A DNA stretch of 248,000 nt from Hyalangium minutum (GTDB lineage Bacteria > Myxococcota > Myxococcia > Myxococcales > Myxococcaceae), in assembly GCF_000737315.1 (NCBI RefSeq), contig NZ_JMCB01000001.1, forward strand, positions 20,001 through 268,000, in the 5' to 3' direction. Made by a program: the position numbers and the translations under genes. The notes beneath the pieces are model-generated. The model was not told the origin of the DNA and did no database searches. It saw only the letters and a program-made list of their open reading frames with translations. Position 1 is the stretch's first letter, and each line of letters opens with the position of its first letter. Shown one piece after another: positions 89,692 to 101,600 of the stretch.

Positions 89692-92600
89692 ATGTCCCCC
89701 GCATCGACGCTGAACGAGGTGCGCTTCACTCGAGGTGAATTGGAGCAGTTCTGCCAAGCCAGCCTCGACACGAATCCCCTCCACCTCTCCGACGACTACG
89801 CGCGCAAGAGCCCCTACGGCGCGCGAATCGTTCACGGCATTCTTGGCGCGCTGACCCTCTTGGGGCGGCTGAGAGAGCGGCCCCAGCAGCGACTGGCGCG
89901 GCTGGAACTTCGCTTCCTGAATCCGCTCTTTCTGGATCAGCCCTATAGGCTCTCTATCCAGGAGCCCACGCCAGACAAGACCCTGGCCACCCTCTTTGAC
90001 GGAGGCCGAGAGCTGCTCCAGTTGGTGGCGCACTTCCACACGGGCCCGCTCGCTCGTCCTCCCGCAGCTGACACTCCAGCACGGGCACCGCGCGAACAGC
90101 CTGCAGAGCTCGGACTCGAGGATCTCCGTGCAGGCCAACTCCTTGAAGAGGACTACTCACCACGTTGGTCGGTACTGACCGACCTGATACATCAGTTGGG
90201 TGTCACAGGCAAGGGCGTCGATGTGCAGCAGGCGGCGGTGCTGGCCTGGAGCAGCTATCTGATCGGCATGGAGGTACCGGGCCGGCAGGCCCTCTACTCG
90301 CGGCTGGATGCAGACTTCGACGCGGTGGCGGGTGAGGCGTCGTCTCTCCACTGCCGGACGGAGGTCCAGTCCGTGGAGAAGCAGTTCGGCCTGGTGCGGC
90401 TGCGTGCCAGGGTCGGCGCCGGGACCCCGATCGCCTCGCTGGAGTTGCGCGCCTTCGTCCGGCCAGAGCTACCACCGTCCTCGGTGGAGCTCCTCACCCG
90501 CCTGCAGCCGGAGTCGCGGGTGCTGGCCGGCAAGGTGGCGCTGGTGATCGGCGGCAGCCGGGGGCTGGGCGCCGCGCTCGTCCAAGCGCTGGCGCTCCAG
90601 GGCTGCACCGTCTACCTCAACTACCTCAAGAGCGAGCGAGAGGCGGCAGCCGTCCGGGACGCACTGGGAGCACGGGCGAGCGCGGTGCACCTGCTCCAGG
90701 GAGATGGCAGCGATCTGGAGTGGTGCCAGCGGGCCCAGGCGGAGATCCTTGGACGCCACGGGCGCCTGGACCTTCTGCTCTGCAACGCGTGTCTCCCCTT
90801 GCAGCCGCTGCGTGTGGAGCCGGATCCCACCTCGCGCCTCACCGAGTACGTGCGCAAGAGCCTGGCGCTGGTTCACGCGCCCCTCTCGTGCTTCTTGGAG
90901 GAGCTCGCCCGGCAGAAGGGGCAGGCCGTCGTCCTCTCCTCGTCCGCGGTTCGGGAGCCGCTCGCGGGCTGGCCCCACTACGTGAGCGCCAAGTGCGCCA
91001 TCGAAGGGCTGGCGCGCACCGCAGCCCTCGAGTACCCCCAGGTCTCCGTCATCGTGGCACGCCCGCCCCGCCTGCTGACGGAGCTCACGAATACGCCGCT
91101 CGGCAATGACAGCGCGCTGCGCCCGGAGGCAGTGGCCACCTCCCTGGTGCGCAGCCTGCTCACGGCGCCCTCCACCGGCCAGGTGGTGATGCTCGAGGAC
91201 TTCACGGACACGGCCTCTGTCAGACCGCCCACGGAGGCTCCTCCCCCGGCGCAGGAGCAAGCCGCGCCACAAGAGAAGGCCGCATCACAGGAGAAGGCCG
91301 TGCCACAGGAGCAGAAGACTGCCCCCCGCCGCAAGCTGGCCATCGCCGCCACCTTTACCGCAGAGCCCCTCCAGGAGAGCCTGGAGTTCTGGGGCGAAGA
91401 GCTGAAGCTCGGCCTGGAGGTCGAGTTCGCCCCCTACAACCAGATCTTCCAGGAGCTGCTGGCCCCCTCAAGCCTGCTCAGCGGCAACGCGGAGGGCCTC
91501 AACGTGCTGCTGCTGCGCCCCGAGGACTGGGTGCACTACGAGCACGCGGACGGCAGAGACGATCACGGCCCCGCCCACCCCGCCGAGCGCGACTTCGCCA
91601 CCTTCTCCCAGAAGGTGGAGCGCAGCACGGGGGACCTGATCGCGGCGGTGAAGACCCACAAGGCCCGGAGCAAAGCCCCCTTGTTGGTGTGCCTGTGTCC
91701 ATCCACCCCGGAGCTGCTGCGGCACAAGGGCTACGCCCTCTTCCTGCGCCGGATCGAGGAGCGGCTCGAGCGCGAACTCAAGGCCCAACCCGGGACGTAC
91801 GTCCTCCAGGCGGCTGCGTTCGCGGAGCAGTACCCTGTCTCCCAGTACCACGATGAGGTGCGCGACCAGATGGGGCACATCCCCTACACGCCCGCGTACT
91901 TCAGCGTGCTGGGGACCCTCGTCACCCGCGCGCTCCACAGCATCCTCACCCCTCCCTTCAAGGTCATCGTCCTCGATTGCGACAACACCCTGTGGAAGGG
92001 CGTGTGCGGCGAGGATGGGCCGCAGGGCGTAGACATCTCCCCCAGCTACCGCTACCTGCAGGAGCAGATGGTGCGGCAGCAGGCGCAGGGGATGATCCTC
92101 TGCCTCTGCAGCAAGAACGTGGAGAGCGACGTCATCGAGGTGTTCAAGCAGCGCCCGGAGATGGCGCTCAAGCTGGAGCACATCACCACCCACCGCATCA
92201 ACTGGCTGCCCAAGTCGCAGAATCTGCGCTCGCTGGCGGAGGAGCTCAACGTCGGGTTGGACAGCTTCATCTTCCTGGACGACAACCCGGTGGAGATCGC
92301 CGAGGTGAAGGCGGCCTGCCCGCAGGTGCTGGCGCTGACGGTGCCCAAGGAGGCCGAAGCCCTGCCCACCCTGGTCGACCACATCTGGGCCTTTGATCGG
92401 CTGGTCGTCACCGAGGAGGACAAGAAGCGCACGCAGATGTACCGCCAGAACAAGGAGCGGGACACTTACCAACAGTCCGCTACCAGCTTTGGCGAGTTCC
92501 TCCACGGGCTGGGCCTGGACATCCGCATCACCGAGATGACAGCCGCGCAGCGTCCCCGCGTGTCGCAGCTCACCCAGCGCACCAACCAGTTCAACTTCAC

Positions 92601-95600
92601 CACGGTGCGGCGCTCCGAGGCGGAACTCCAGCAACTGGTGGACGCCGGGACGCACCAGATCTGGACCACGCAGGTGAGTGATCGCTTCGGAGACTACGGC
92701 CTGGTGGGCGTGGTGATCAGCCGGCGCGATGCCGACCGCATCTCGGTGGACTCGTTCATGCTCAGCTGCCGGGTGCTGGGCCGGGGCGTGGAGCATGCCA
92801 TGCTCGCGCGCCTGGGCCAGCTCGCCCTGGACTCGGGCCTGGAGTGGGTGGAGGCCACCTTCACTCCCACCGCCAAGAACCCTCCCGCGCTCCGCTTCCT
92901 GGAGGCGGCTGGGTCGCAGTTCCGGCAGGAGGCCGAGGGCCGCAGCATCTTCCGCTTCCCCGCGCAGTACGCGGCCACGGTCACCTTCTCTCCCGACAAG
93001 GTGGACCAGCAGGACCTGGAGCTCGCCGCCAACGCCGACAAGGGCGGCAAGCCGACAGCTCCCGCCTCCATGGATGCCTCGCGGCTGGAGCGGCTCGAGC
93101 GCATCACCCGAGAGCTGTCCGAGCCCCGGCGCATCCATGAGCGCGTCAGCGCCTACCACGCCGCCCGGCGGGCGGGGCCGCTCCCCGCCCCTGAGGTCCG
93201 GCCCACCGAGCCCGCCATGAGTGCGGCGGCGGCTCCCCCATCGAATGCTCCGAGCGCTCCGAGTGCGCCTGGAGAGCCGGACGAGGCGGCGCTGTTGCGC
93301 GCCACCGTGGACTTCCTGCAGGGCATCTTCGGCCGGTTCCTCAGCGCCGCACGGACAGGGGTGAAGCTCGATACGCACTTCGAGGCGCTCGGGCTCACGT
93401 CCTTCTCGATCATCGACATCACCGTCGCGCTCGAGGACGAGCTGGGCAGCCTGCCCAAAACATTGCTCTTCGAGCACAAGACGCTGGGTAGCCTCGCGCG
93501 CTACCTCTTCACGGAGCGTCGGGCTGACCTGCTGCGGAAGGTAAAACCCACCGCCGCGCCCGCTGCCGTGCCCGTGCCCGTGCCCGCTCTCATGCCCACG
93601 GCCTCCCTGGAGCGGCCTCATTCCCAGGAAACAGCCTCCGGCCCCTCTTCGAAGACAGACATCGCGATCATCGGCATCTCGGGCCGCTACCCTCAGGCAC
93701 GCAACCTCCACGAGTTCTGGGAGAGCCTGCGCGCAGGCCGGAGCAACATCACCGAGGTCCCGGCGGATCGCTGGGAACACTCGCGCTTCTACGATCCGAG
93801 CGGCAAGAAGCGCGACAAGAGCTACACGAAGTGGGGCGGCTTCGTTGAAGGTGTCGGCGAGTTCGACTCGCTCTTCTTCAACATCTCCCCCAAAGAAGCT
93901 GAGCAGATGGACCCCCAGCAGCGGCTCTTCCTGGAGGTCGTCTACGAGGCTGTCGAGGACGCGGGCTACACCCGCCGGACCCTGGGCCGGAATGTCGGCG
94001 TGTACGCCGGGGTGATGGCCAACAACTACCTGCTCTTCAGCGCCGAGGCCGCGCTCGCGGGCCACAGCCCGTACCCCTACGCAGACAACTACCAGGTCGC
94101 CAACCGCATCTCGTACTTCTTCGACTTCAGCGGCCCCAGCCTGTCCATTGACACGGCGTGCTCCGCCTCGGGCGTGGCCCTGCACACCGCCTGTGAGGCC
94201 CTGCGCTCCGGCGCGTGCAGCGTGGCCATCGCGGGTGGCGTCAACCTGATCCTCCACCCGTACCGCTCCGTTCAGTACTCGCAGATGACGATGCTCTCGC
94301 GAGACGAGCGCTGCCGCGCGTTCGGCAGCGACGCGCAGGGCTTCGTCATGGGCGAGGGCGTGGGCGCCGTGCTCCTCAAGCCGTTGGCTCAGGCCCTGAA
94401 GGATGGGGACCATATCTACGGCCTCATCAAGGGCAGCGCCGTCAACCATGGTGGCAGAACGAGCGGCTTCACCGTGCCCAACCCGACGGCCCAGGGCGAG
94501 CTGGTGGCCGAGGCATTGAAGCGCGGAGGCGTGGACGCACGCTCCATCAGCTACGTCGAGGCGCACGGCACAGGCACGCCGCTGGGAGACCCGATCGAGG
94601 TCCGAGGCCTCACCGCCGCCTTCCGGCAGGACACTGCCGACACGGGGTTCTGCGCCATCGGCAGTGTGAAGCCCAACATCGGCCACCTGGAGCCCGCGGC
94701 CGCCATCGCCGGACTCACCAAGGTACTGCTGCAGATGCGCCATGGCACCCTGGTGCCCTCGCTCAACTCCGAGCAGCTCAACCCCTACATCGACTTCGAG
94801 AGCTCGCCCTTCCGTGTCCAGCGCGAGCGGGCGGAGTGGAAGCGCCCGCGCTGGAAGCGCCAGGGCGTCACCGTCGAAGCACCGCGCCGGGCCGGCCTGA
94901 GCTCGTTTGGGGCGGGCGGCGTCAACGCGCACCTCGTGGTGGAGGAGTATGTCCACGAGCCGACTTCCGCGACGCAGGGCCCGCAGCTCATCGTCCTCTC
95001 CGCGAAGAACGCGGAGCGGCTGCGCGAGAGCCTGGAGCGGCTTCAGCGCGCCCTCACCCACCCGCCGCAGGCTCCCGCGCACCTGCGCCCGAGCCTCGGC
95101 GATATCGCCTACACGCTGCAGGTGGGCCGTGAGTCCTTCGAGGAGCGCGTGGCGCTCATCGTACAGGACCTCGAGGAGCTCTCGCGGAAGCTGGAGAAGC
95201 TGGCCGTGGGCGAGAAGGGCGTCGAGGGTGTCTTCACCGGCAACATCAAGAACCGCGGCGCTGTGGACACGCTCGGTGAGGGCGAGGAGGCACTCGCATT
95301 CACCCAGGCCCTGATCCGCAACGGCCGGCTCGACAAGCTGGCGCAGCTCTGGACGCAGGGGGCGGAGCTCCCCTGGGAGCAGCTCCACGCGGGGCAGAAG
95401 CGTCGCCGGGTCCCCCTCCCCACCTACCCCTTCGCGCGCACCCGTCATTGGCTGCCCGAGAGCGGGCTGCTCTCGGGCCCACGTCCGGTGGAGCCCCGTG
95501 AGGCGCGGCTGGCCCCCACCCGGCCTCACCCGATGATCGACCGTGAGCGCTCCTCGCCCGAGGGGCAGCGCTTCGAGACGCGCTGGGATGGGAGCGAGTT

Positions 95601-98600
95601 CTACCTGAGGGATCACGTCGTGGCGGCGCGGAAGACGCTGCCAGGTGTGGCCTACCTGGAGCTGGCGCGGGCCGCGGGTGCGCTCGCCCGTGGCGCGGGC
95701 GTGGCACGGCTGCGGGCCATGGTGTGGTCCCAGCCCATCCTCGTGCCCGGCGCGCCCGTGGAGGCGCAGGTCGCTCTCCATGCAGTGAAGCACGGCACCG
95801 ACGTCACCATCAGCACCGGCACCTCGGATGGCAACCGCGTGGTCCACGCGCGGTGCCGCCTGGGAGACGAGCACCTCGAGGCCCTCTCCGCTCCGCCCCT
95901 GTTGGACCTGGAGTCCCTGCGCCAGCGCTGCACGCACCGCAAGAGCCAGGAACAGGTCTACGCGGACTTCATCGCCCAGGGCTTCACGTACGGGCCCACC
96001 TTCCAGGCCGTCGTGGAGCATCTGAGTTCGGAGAGCGAGGCCCTCTCGCTGCTGGAGCTGCCGGCCACGGCGGGAGAGCCGGACCACTTCGGGCTCCACC
96101 CCTCGCTGCTGGACGGTGCGCTCCAGACGATCATCGCCAAGGTCCGCGGGAACGAGACGTACCTGCCCTTCGCCCTGGACGAGCTGACCCAGTACGGCCC
96201 GCTGCCCCGGCGGTGCCATGCCTACGTGCGCTTCGAGCGCGAGGACGCCGAGCAGCTGCGCTGCAACGTCCGGCTGCTCGACGAAACGGGCCGGACGCTC
96301 GTGGCGCTCGACGGCCTCACCCTGCGGGCCTTGAAGCCGAAGAGTGTCGAGACCGCTCCTTCGGGGGCCCCCCTCTACCGCCCCGTGTGGGAGCGCGTGA
96401 GCGCGCCTGCCTTCGAGCTGCCTTCGCGGGACACCACCTTCCTGCTCTTCGACGAGGGTGAGGAGCGCTTCCAGGCGTGGACACGGTTCCTCGGCGAGCG
96501 CGGCTTGCCCGCCGAGAGCGTGCACCTGGCCACGCCCGGCCCGCGCTACGCGGCGCTGGGTGGGCAGCGCTACCAGCTCCGCCCGGAGGAGCCAGCCGAC
96601 CACCTCGCGCTCCTCCAGGCGCTGCCGGGAGCAGGGCCTCTCGTGGTGCTCCACGCCTGGCGGCCCCGCGAGCAGGAGCCCACCTCGCCCTTGCAAGGCG
96701 CGGGGCTCGGCTCACTGCTGGCCACCAGCCAAGCGCTGCTCACGCTGAAACAGCGGCCGGAGCTCCGGCTGCTGGCCCTCTGCGCCACGGACGAGGACTC
96801 GCCCCTGTCCGCCGCCGTGGGCGGCTTCATCCGCTCCCTGGCGCAGGAGAGCACCCGCCTCCAGCCCCGAGCCATCCAGCTCGCGGACCCGGCCATCGCG
96901 TCCGATGTGGGCCGGCTCCTGGGTGAGCTGCGCGCCGGAGGGGAGCTGGAGGTGCGCCTGGACGCGTCGGGCCGCCTCGTGCGCCGCTTCCAGCGTGCCA
97001 CGTCCCCGGTGACGAGCCGCTCCGTCCTTCGTGAGAAGGGCGTCTACCTCATCACCGGAGGCATGGGAGGCTTGGGGCTGATCTTCGCGCGGCACCTGGT
97101 GGAGCGCTACCGCGCCTCGGTGGTGCTGACCGGCCGCTCCGCCCTGCGCGAGGAGCAGCAGCGCACGCTGGAGTCACTCCAGGCCCAGGGCGCCCAGCTG
97201 CTCTACCTCCGCGCCGACATCACCCAAGCCGCGGACATCGACTGGATGATGCGCGAGGTCCGCGCCCGCTTCGGGCACCTCCACGGGGTCCTCCACTCCG
97301 CCGGTGTCATCGAGGACGCCTACCTGTCTCAGAAGTCCCGAGAGTCGTTCGCGCGGGTGCTTGCGCCCAAGCTGGCGGGGACCTGGCTGCTGGACCTCGC
97401 CACCGCGCGGGAGCCGCTGGACTTCTTCGTGACGTTCTCCTCGGTGGCCTCGGTGTTCGGCAGCGCGGGCCAGACGGACTACGCCACCGCCAACCGCTTC
97501 CTGGATGCGCAGGCCACCTCCCGCGCGGCGCTCGTCCGGGCGGGCCAGCGCAGCGGCGTCACGCTGTCGCTCAACTGGCCCCTCTGGCAGGAGGGCGGAA
97601 TGCGCGTGGGCGCCGACGTGGTGGAGCTCACCGCCCGCACCACGGGACTGAGGCCCCTGGCCACCGCCACGGGCCTCCAGGCCTTCGAGGAGGCCCTCCG
97701 CCTGGGAGAGCCTCAGCTCGCCGTACTCCATGGAGATCGTGCGCGCATCGAGCAGGCGCTGGAGCCCGGTGCGGGTGCCACGCGCGCCCTGGAGCCCACG
97801 CCAGCCGGAAACCTCCCGGTCTTCGTGCCCCCGGCCGGCGCGGCCCACCCGGCCCGGCTCTCGCACGAGGAGCTCCTCCGCAGGCTCCAGGACTTCCTGC
97901 TTCGCAAGTCCTCCGAGCTGCTCAAGGTCAACGTCGCCGACATCGATCCCGACGATGACATGAGCGACTACGGCTTCGACTCGATCTCCCTGACCGAGCT
98001 GGCCAACGCGCTCAACGAGACCTTCGATCTGGCGCTCACGCCGGTGGTCTTCTTCGAGAACCCCGCCATCAGTGGCCTCGCCCGCTTCCTGATGGAGCGG
98101 CACCGCGACGCCTTCGCCGCGCACTACGATGCCGAGGCCCACGCGGCTGCTGGCCTGGCCGCCGCGCCGGCACCTGCCGCCGCGGCCGAGCCTGCTCCTC
98201 TCCTCGCCTCCGCGCCCATGCCCGCACCGCGGCCCTTGCAAGCCGAGCCGAGGCCGAGCGTCCTCACCGCTCCGAGCGCCCGCCTCTCTCAAGAGGCCCG
98301 CCCGGCGACGGCGGAGCCCATCGCCATCATCGGCATGGCGGGAGTCTTCCCGCAGTCACCGGACCTGGAGACGTTCTGGAAGAACCTGCTGGCGGGCAAG
98401 GATCTGATCCGCGAGGTCCCAGAGGAGCGCTGGGATTGGAAGGCCTGGTACGGCGACCCGAAGCGCGAGCCCAACAAGACGACGTGCAAGTGGGGTGGCT
98501 TCATCGATGAGGTGGATGCCTTCGACGCGCTCTTCTTCAACATCTCGCCGCGCGAGGCGCAGTTCATGGATCCGCAGCAGCGGATCTTCCTCGAGACAGC

Positions 98601-101600
98601 GTGGCGTGCCATCGAAGACGCGGGCTACAGCCCGCAGCGCCTGTCCGGCTCGGCCACGGGCGTGTTCACGGGCGTGACGCTGCACGACTACCTCGAGCTC
98701 ATCCAGCAGTCGGGCCTGGACATCGTCGCCCACACCTCCACGGGCAACGTCCACAGCATCGTCCCCAACCGGCTCAGCTACCTGCTGAACCTGCGCGGCC
98801 CGAGCGAGCCCATCGACACCGCGTGCTCCAGCTCCCTGGTGGCACTGCACCGGGCGGTGCGGGCGCTGCAGGCGGGGGACTGCGAGCTGGCCATTGCCGG
98901 CGGCATCAACGTGCTGCTGTCGCCCACCATGTTCGTCTCGTTCAGCAAGGCGGGCATGCTGGCCAGCGACGGCCGCTGCAAGACGTTCGACGCGCGCGCG
99001 GATGGCTACGTCCGCGGCGAGGGAGCGGGCGTGGTGCTGCTCAAGCCTCTGAGCAAGGCCGAGGCGGATGGAGACACCATCCACGCCATCATCCGAGGCA
99101 CGGCCGTCAACCACGGCGGCCATGCCCACTCGCTCACCGCGCCCAACCCCAACGCCCAGGCGGAGCTGCTCGTCACCGCCCATGAGCGCGCGGGGTTCTC
99201 CCCCGACACCGTGGGCTATATCGAGACGCACGGCACGGGCACGGAGCTGGGAGACCCCATCGAAATCGAGGGCCTGAAGAAGGCCTTCAGCCAGCTGGCC
99301 GAGCGGCGAGGCCTGCCGGGCTGGAACGGCGCCACCTGCGGGCTCGGCGCTGTGAAGACCAACGTGGGCCACCTGGAGTGCGCCTCCGGAATGGCGGGGC
99401 TCCTCAAGACGCTGCTGGCCATGCGGCACCGAATGCTGCCGCCGAACCTTCACTTCGAGCAGCTCAACCCCTACATCGACTTGAAGGGCAGCCCCTTCTA
99501 CGTCGTCGACACGCCGCGCGCCTGGGAGCCGCTGAAGGATCGCCACGGCCAGCCCCTGCCGCTGCGAGCGGGCATCAGCTCGTTCGGCTTCGGTGGGGTC
99601 AACGCCCACGTCGTCATCGAGGAGTATGTGCCTCGCCCACGGCCGCCGGCGGAGGCGGCACCTCAGCTCTTCATCCTCTCCGCGCGAGAGGGCGAGCGCC
99701 TCAAGGAGTACGCGCGCCGGCTGCGGGACTCCGTCGCCGCCCGCCTCGATCGCAAGGACGAGCAGGTCTCCCTGGCGGACATGGCCTACACGCTGCAGGT
99801 GGGCCGCGATGTCATGGACACGCGGCTGGCCATCATCGCGCAGAGCGAGCAGGAGCTCGTCGCCCGGCTGGACGCCTTCCTCGCGGACAAGGCGGCTCCA
99901 GACGCCGTCTTCACGGGCCAGCGTCCCGCGCGCAAGCAGGCCTCCGCGCTCGTCTTCGGCGATGACGAGGATGACAAGGCCTACCTGCGCTCGCTGCTGG
100001 GCAAGGGCAAGCTGGCGAAGCTGGCCTCGCTCTGGGTGCAGGGCCAGGAGCTCGACTGGACTTTCCTCCACGAAGGGCGCCTGCGGCGTCGCGTCGAGTT
100101 GCCCACCTACCCGTTCGCTCGCGAGAAGCACTGGCTCCCGCGGGTGCGGCCAGTCGAAGGCACTCCCACGCTCACCCGGGCCGCCCCCGTGGCCCAAGCT
100201 CCAGCGCCCCAGGCTCCTGCGCCTCAAGCTCCCGCGCCGGCGGAGGTGCCCACGCCCCCGCCCGGGGAGAAGCTCCTGCTCGTCAAGCGCTGGCGGCCCG
100301 CTCCTGCCCCCGTGACAGCGCCCACGCTGCGCGGCATGTACTTGGTGCTCCTCAATGGCGAGGGTGCCATCGATGTCCTCAAGGATCTCGGCTCGCAGCC
100401 GGAGTGCCAGTGGATCGCAATCAAGGGCGCCAGTGGGCTCCCCCGGCTCACCGCGCGGGAGTACGAGCTCGACTTCTCGGATGGCGAGCAGGGCACCCGG
100501 CTCATCACGGAGTTGCTCTCCCGCCACCCGCAAGTGAATGGGCTGGTCGATCTGTCGGACGTGTACGCCGCCCCACGCGTCAGCCCGGATCGGGACGCGG
100601 GCAAGGTGGCCGTGCTCCAGGGGCTGCTGCGGCACACCGGCCAGGCGCCGCTGCGCATCCTGCACTTCACCCACGGGCTCGTCCCCTTCGAGAACACCGT
100701 CCCGACGCTCGCGGGGGCCACGGTGGCTGGCATCGTCCGGATGCTGGGCGCCGAGTACGGGCGCGTCCGAGCCGTCACGGTCGATGTGGATCTGAGCTGT
100801 GACCGCTCCGAGGAGTTGCTAGCCCTGGTGGCTGCCGAGGCCTCGGCTGACACGGGCATGGGCGAGGTCTGCTACCGCAAGGGCACCCGGTACCTCCCGT
100901 ACCTCGAGGAGGTGGCAGTGAGCGCTCCCGGAGAGGCCACGCGGCTAGGGCCCTTCCCGGTGGACCCGGCGCGGACCTACGTCATCACCGGAGGCACAGG
101001 GGGGCTCGGCTTCGAGGCGGCCCGGACGCTGGTGGCCAAGGGCGCCCGGCGCCTGGCGCTCCTGGGCGCCCGGACGCTGCCACCGCGGGACTCCTGGTCG
101101 AGCCTGCTCGCCTCCAGCAGCACGGAGCAGGACGTGGCGACCCGCGTCCGCCGGGTGCTGGAACTGGAGCAGGCGGGCGCGCAAGTGGCCCTCTACCATG
101201 GCCCGCTCAGCGATGAGCCGAGGCTCGCCGCCTTCTTCAGCGACACCCGGAAGCGGCTGGGCGCCATCGCTGGCGTCATCCACTGCGCAGGCATCGTCTC
101301 GCAGCGCCCGCCCTCCTTCTCGCAGAAGGGCCTCGAGGACATGCGGCGCGTCTGGGAGCCCAAGGTCCGAGGACTGATCGTCCTGAGCGGGGTGCTCAAG
101401 GCCGACACGCCGGACTTCTTCCTCCTCTACTCGTCCGTCTCCGCGGTGGTGCCCTCGCTGGCGGTGGGGATGGCCGATTACGCCAGCGCGAATGGCTTCC
101501 TGGACGCCTTCGCGGCGTACCAGGCGGGCAAGAGCCGCACGCGCTTCCTGGCGCTGAACTGGCCCAGCTGGAAGGACACGGGAATGGGGGAGATCAGCAG

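Noticed and set aside
91468-96696. 1742-aa minus-strand ORF and similar long antisense ORFs across the PKS
   Set aside because: Shadows of the PKS reading frame with no recognisable motifs.
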